43,135 nucleotides of DNA from a virus, in IMG/VR virus record IMGVR_UViG_3300045988_012292, positions 1 to 43,135 of that record; one strand, written 5' to 3'. Below, piece after piece: positions 40,137 through 43,135 of this stretch. The position numbers were made by a program, and so were the translations under genes. Position 1 is the first letter of the stretch. Each line of letters opens with the position of its first letter. The notes beneath the pieces are model-generated. The model did not search any database. It was not told the origin of the DNA and worked only from the letters and a program-made list of their open reading frames with translations.

Positions 40137-40907
40137 TCAATCTAAGCGGCGTCCCGTCCGCTTGCGTTCCTGCTCCTTTTCCGGCACACATACATATTTA
40201 TAATATTGATATCCGTACTTCGTCGCCCGGCACTCCGCCAGCACATATCCGCGTGGCGCCACCGGCGGCCGCTTCGGGCTGTACTCGCGCACGGCCTCGG
40301 TCGGCGTCTCCGCCTCCGGCATCCGGCACGTCCGGCTTGCCTTCCAGCGGTGCCCGCCGAACTCCTCCCGCCAGTGGTCAAAGAGATAATTCGCCAGCGC
40401 CGTGTAGTCCTGCCCGTGGTCGACGAGCTGCCCGCTCTCATTTTTATAATAGTTGTGCCTCCGCAGCGGCTTCACGTCGATCACGCTTCCCCTGCCCCAG
40501 AGCTTCCCGATTTCCTCCTCCGGCACGCCGTCCGAGATCATGTGCAGGTGGAAGCGCCCCGTGTGCTTGCCCTTGCCGTACACCAGATAGATCTTCGCCG
40601 CCGGATATTTATATAGTATGCGGCGGTAAAAATTGTCCCGTTCCCGCTTGCACTCCGCAACGGTATGTACTTCGCTGTCCAGATCAAAGGTCAGCGTCGA
40701 ATAAAGCGAGGCGGGTGAGAAGTTCGCATTGACAAGCCGCGCATTCTTCCGGCGGCTGATCGCCTCGCGGTGCGCAGCCCGGTCTTCTTCGTTTTCAAAG
40801 CGCGGCTTTCTCGGCTTCGCCGTCCTGATGTCCGCGCTGTCTCCGACGTTGTATATGATCTGCTCGCAAACCGCGCCGCAGAAGATCCTCTGCTTCACTC
40901 TGCGCAT
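40137..40907 (-). CDS. HUH-superfamily rolling-circle Rep-like protein
   Basis: Ordered motifs are YSTLTFD (motif 1-like), GRFHLHMISDG (HUH) and DYTALANYLFDH (Tyr motif candidate). 256 aa. Confidence 0.5.
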   Translation of the reverse strand: MRRVKQRIFCGAVCEQIIYNVGDSADIRTAKPRKPRFENEEDRAAHREAISRRKNARLVNANFSPASLYSTLTFDLDSEVHTVAECKRERDNFYRRILYKYPAAKIYLVYGKGKHTGRFHLHMISDGVPEEEIGKLWGRGSVIDVKPLRRHNYYKNESGQLVDHGQDYTALANYLFDHWREEFGGHRWKASRTCRMPEAETPTEAVREYSPKRPPVAPRGYVLAECRATKYGYQYYKYVCVPEKEQERKRTGRRLD

Positions 40908-40977
40908 CCCCGCTCACCCTTTCTCTTTTTTCTGCCGGTTCAAAGCAGCGCCGGTCGTCCGGCGCTCCGTTCAGCCG

Positions 40978-41343
40978 TCATGTTCCTCTCTCGCCCCGTG
41001 GATCAACCCCCAGCGCACCCGGAGGCCCTTTTGTGCCACAATCGCCGTTTCTGATCCCGAGGCGTTTCATCCAGCGAAGCATCTTCCTTTCTACACCCTC
41101 CGGTGGCAGATCTAAATTCAGTACACCCGTGCAAATAATCACATCAAGATATTCTTCGCAAAGATCTCTTCGACACTCTTCCACCGTCTTTGGCGTCGGA
41201 TTCTTTCCATCCAGCGCCCGCCGCAGCTTCAGCGCCGCCTGTGCCAGCTCCGCGCATTCCTCGGCCAACTGTGCCAGCACTTCCGCTTCCCCCAACCGGC
41301 CTTTGATCTTCTCAAAATTTTCATTCACCTTCGTTCCCTCCAT
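40978..41343 (-). CDS. MazG-like nucleotide pyrophosphohydrolase-type small helical protein
   Basis: Start MEGTKVNENFEKI. LAQLAEECAELAQAALKLRRA..CEEYLDVIIC resembles the EExxE/helical MazG-like pattern. Confidence 0.4.
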   Translation of the reverse strand: MEGTKVNENFEKIKGRLGEAEVLAQLAEECAELAQAALKLRRALDGKNPTPKTVEECRRDLCEEYLDVIICTGVLNLDLPPEGVERKMLRWMKRLGIRNGDCGTKGPPGALGVDPRGERGT

Positions 41344-41614
41344 CCACCAGATCACCGCAGTTGGGGCAGTAAGAAAAGCTGTTTGCTCCGCAGTCAAAGC
41401 CACATACAGAGCATTTCACCAGCATTGAACCCGAGATCCCATTGTCACCCCACTTCCCATGCACCACCGGCGCAACGTCGGCGGCGGGCAATGATAAAAT
41501 CTCACTTGCGATGCAATCCGCCAGTCCAGTATGCCGTCCCAATGCAGATCCGTTCGCAAGCCCGTACTTTTCGGCGATTTTAACCGCATCTGTGCGCTTG
41601 ATGTAATCAGTCAT
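41321..41614 (-). CDS. Hypothetical protein with C-terminal zinc ribbon
   Basis: Start MTDYIKRTDAVKIAEKYG with SD GAAGGGAG. Contains CSVCGFDCG..YCPNCG. Confidence 0.6.
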   Translation of the reverse strand: MTDYIKRTDAVKIAEKYGLANGSALGRHTGLADCIASEILSLPAADVAPVVHGKWGDNGISGSMLVKCSVCGFDCGANSFSYCPNCGDLVDGGNEGE

Positions 41615-41810
41615 AATCCATATACTCCCTTCCGATTCTGTTTCGCATTTCATACGGCAGTGCAAGCAGCGGCGTGCATCTACTCAGGATCTCTGCTTTC
41701 AAAAGCCGCTCCGCCTGCCGCTTGGTCAGCCGCCGCTCTCGCTTCTTCGGCGGCAGCTCGCCTTTTGCCGCCGCAATAGCGGTCGGGTTGTGCTTATGTT
41801 GACCCATCAT
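41607..41810 (-). CDS. Hypothetical basic protein
   Basis: 67-aa ORF with SD AGGAGGG. Confidence 0.55.
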   Translation of the reverse strand: MMGQHKHNPTAIAAAKGELPPKKRERRLTKRQAERLLKAEILSRCTPLLALPYEMRNRIGREYMDYD

Positions 41811-41967
41811 TTACCCTCCTGTTCCATGCCTCTTTCGCTTCCAACCTCGTTGTGAGCGGATTTGTGACGATAAACATGCCGCCGCACTGCTTGCATTTTA
41901 TCGATTGCGTTTCTCCCAAAAACGCCGCTTCTCCGCCGCAGAACGGGCACGGCTTTAACTTATCCAT
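41794..41967 (-). CDS. Lar-family (restriction alleviation-like) zinc-ribbon protein
   Basis: MDKLKPCPFCGGEAAF...KCKQCG..AWNRR matches the Lar-type LKPCPFCGG pattern. Confidence 0.55.
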   Translation of the reverse strand: MDKLKPCPFCGGEAAFLGETQSIKCKQCGGMFIVTNPLTTRLEAKEAWNRRVNDGST

Positions 41968-41972
41968 TATCA

Positions 41973-42182
41973 TCATCTCCACCCAAAATTCCGTCCGCAC
42001 AGCGGGCAGTACCGAATGTTTACGATGTCCTGTGTCTCAAAGTCGCCGTTTGGAGCGCACCCAGCTCGGACGCGGAGCATCCCTTGCCGATTCAGTGCCA
42101 TTTCAATGCCGCTGTATTCTTTGGTTTGATTCATCGGCACGAAGCTATTGTCTTTTCCACCGCAATAGTCGCATTTAATCAT
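41973..42182 (-). CDS. Zinc-ribbon protein, hypothetical
   Basis: MIKCDYCGG...YCPLCG. 69 aa. Confidence 0.6.
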   Translation of the reverse strand: MIKCDYCGGKDNSFVPMNQTKEYSGIEMALNRQGMLRVRAGCAPNGDFETQDIVNIRYCPLCGRNFGWR

Positions 42183-42357
42183 CCTTCTTGTCCTCCTCGG
42201 TCGGTTTTAGCCATTCACGAATGCGCATCCCGCATGAACAGCAAAGCTCGACTTCTCCCGTGTTTTCGCAATATGCGCCCCTTACGTTTACATACGTTGC
42301 CGAACTTGTAGGGTTTATTTCGGCTCCGCATCGGTCGCAGATTCTTTTTACCATCAT
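42175..42357 (-). CDS. Zinc-ribbon protein, hypothetical
   Basis: ICDRCGAE...CCSCG. 60 aa. Confidence 0.55.
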   Translation of the reverse strand: MMVKRICDRCGAEINPTSSATYVNVRGAYCENTGEVELCCSCGMRIREWLKPTEEDKKDD

Positions 42358-42377
42358 TTGCCCTCCATTTCTTCAAA

Positions 42378-42707
42378 TTAGAACTTGATCGGCTTTTCGT
42401 TTTCAACTACATTCCCGTAAACCACGCCCACCTTGTAGATGTAGTTCTCGCGGAGCTTGCGCGGAATCTCTGCAATATACCGCCGGAATGTTTCCAGAGA
42501 ATTTGCCCGCTTGTAGTGGTTGCACATCCGGCAGGATGGCATGAGGTTTGAAATATCATCCGTTCCGTCATCTTCAATACCCCATGCTCTGAGTGGTAGA
42601 AAGTGATCGACCTGCATATCCTTGATGTCGATAGCCCGTCCGCAGTAGGCACAGTGGCCGTCATACTTCGCATAGACCGATTCCCGCGTTTTCTTGCCGA
42701 AGCTCAT
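42378..42707 (-). CDS. HNH endonuclease
   Basis: CAYCGRAI..QVDHFLP..NLMPSCRMCNHYK is the HNH motif set. Confidence 0.85.
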   Translation of the reverse strand: MSFGKKTRESVYAKYDGHCAYCGRAIDIKDMQVDHFLPLRAWGIEDDGTDDISNLMPSCRMCNHYKRANSLETFRRYIAEIPRKLRENYIYKVGVVYGNVVENEKPIKF

Positions 42708-43135
42708 GCCTTTCCCTCCATTTCCGCCAGCGCCTTTTCAGCTCCCTCTTGGTTGAGGAACCAATCTATCCCGCATCTATCTCCCCATGCAGATTCAACA
42801 GGATACCCGCCAAAGTGTAAGACAACACGGCTTTTTGGTGTAATTGAAATTCCTTGCACTCTGACATTCGCAACGGTTTTGGATTCAATGTCCGGGATAT
42901 ACACTCTAGCGCCCACCTTACACGGCAAGACGATCACGCGCCCCTCTTGATCTGCCACGGCCAGCTCCCGCAAGCGCATCAGCGTCATGCCGTCGCCCAT
43001 TCTCAAAATTGCGTGCAGATTTGCCGCATCCTCCGGGGATAGTCTGCTGTCCTCATAGGCTGCGAGACGGTCAACAAAATCTGCCTGGTACTGCACTCCG
43101 CTGAAATTTACCCGCCAGTATCCGTCTTTGAAATA
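42704..43135 (-). CDS. Hypothetical early protein; 5' end wraps to 1..55 (148 aa in total)
   Basis: The frame stays open to the window end and continues at 40..55 to ATG 53-55. The ORF-track 'M' at 43096 is an internal GTG. Contains FVDRLAAYEDSRLSPEDAANL. Confidence 0.7.
   Translation of the reverse strand, partial: YFKDGYWRVNFSGVQYQADFVDRLAAYEDSRLSPEDAANLHAILRMGDGMTLMRLRELAVADQEGRVIVLPCKVGARVYIPDIESKTVANVRVQGISITPKSRVVLHFGGYPVESAWGDRCGIDWFLNQEGAEKALAEMEGKA
43096..43135. repeat. Terminal overlap copy 2 (identical to 1..40)
   Basis: Exact 40-nt match to the window start. Confidence 0.95.

Larger units (their letters stand above)
1..43135. mobile_element. Complete circularly permuted temperate dsDNA phage genome (unit length 43,095 bp)
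   Basis: One window holds terminase small+large, portal, scaffold, capsid, fibres, holin/endolysin, serine integrase and XRE regulators. Bases 1-40 equal 43096-43135 and a CDS reads through that junction. Confidence 0.9.

Noticed and set aside
1-43135. Stop-codon reassignment, prompted by the in-frame TAA at 423-425 and the TAG ending the nested ORF at 2705-2707.
   Set aside because: All large genes, including the 2678-codon ORF, are open under the standard code with all three stops used as terminators. Two isolated cases do not support recoding.
1-43135. tRNA genes, CRISPR arrays, rRNA, and IS/transposase genes.
   Set aside because: Scanning the non-coding gaps found no cloverleaf-compatible T-arm/acceptor pairing (e.g. 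the gggttcata at ~4454 lacks flanking stems). There are no regularly spaced direct repeats and no transposase-like ORF.

Overview
The window is one complete, circularly permuted temperate dsDNA phage genome. Bases 1-40 are identical to 43096-43135, so the unit length is 43,095 bp, and one CDS reads across that junction. By eye it is GC-rich (roughly 58-60%) with a few low-GC islands. A Clostridia-type gut Firmicute host is only an inference from protein flavour. Almost all genes are on the minus strand, in one long early-to-late series. The order, reading down the minus strand from 7413, through 1, and around the junction, is as follows. (1) A Cro-like HTH, then many small early proteins and a DUF1064 nuclease-like protein. 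(2) A C5 DNA methyltransferase, a radical-SAM enzyme and a PAPS-reductase-like enzyme. (3) A split DUF551-like gene, then, across the junction, an HNH endonuclease, zinc-ribbon proteins, a Lar-like protein, a MazG-like protein and an HUH Rep-like protein. (4) Terminase small and large subunits, two large tail-like proteins, portal, scaffold, an N4-gp56-like major capsid and an adaptor. (5) A 382-aa Q/Y/N-rich protein, a 2678-aa giant protein, a collagen-like fibre, a receptor-binding-like fibre, the holin/amidase lysis cassette and a sigma-region-4-like regulator. The plus strand carries only the lysogeny and accessory genes. Nearly all of these sit behind a readable sigma70-type promoter: two XRE regulators, a large serine integrase, several morons and a DUF4065/Panacea-type toxin-antitoxin pair. 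No tRNA, rRNA, CRISPR array, reverse transcriptase or tail tube/sheath/tape-measure set was recognised. The observations most worth a second look are listed here. (a) A 169-codon ORF with its own Shine-Dalgarno is nested out of frame inside the methyltransferase gene, and both frames read like real protein. (b) A ~90-nt element occurs three times, each copy ending at the start codon of one of the three enzyme genes. (c) The giant HExxH-containing polyvalent-like virion protein. (d) A 375-bp hairpin-dense non-coding block sits inside the early operon. (e) A self-contained promoter, 18-codon sORF and terminator unit lies in the immunity region. (f) A perfect 22+4+22 bp palindrome next to the serine integrase is a candidate attP. 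All function calls come from motif reading by eye. No database search was run.
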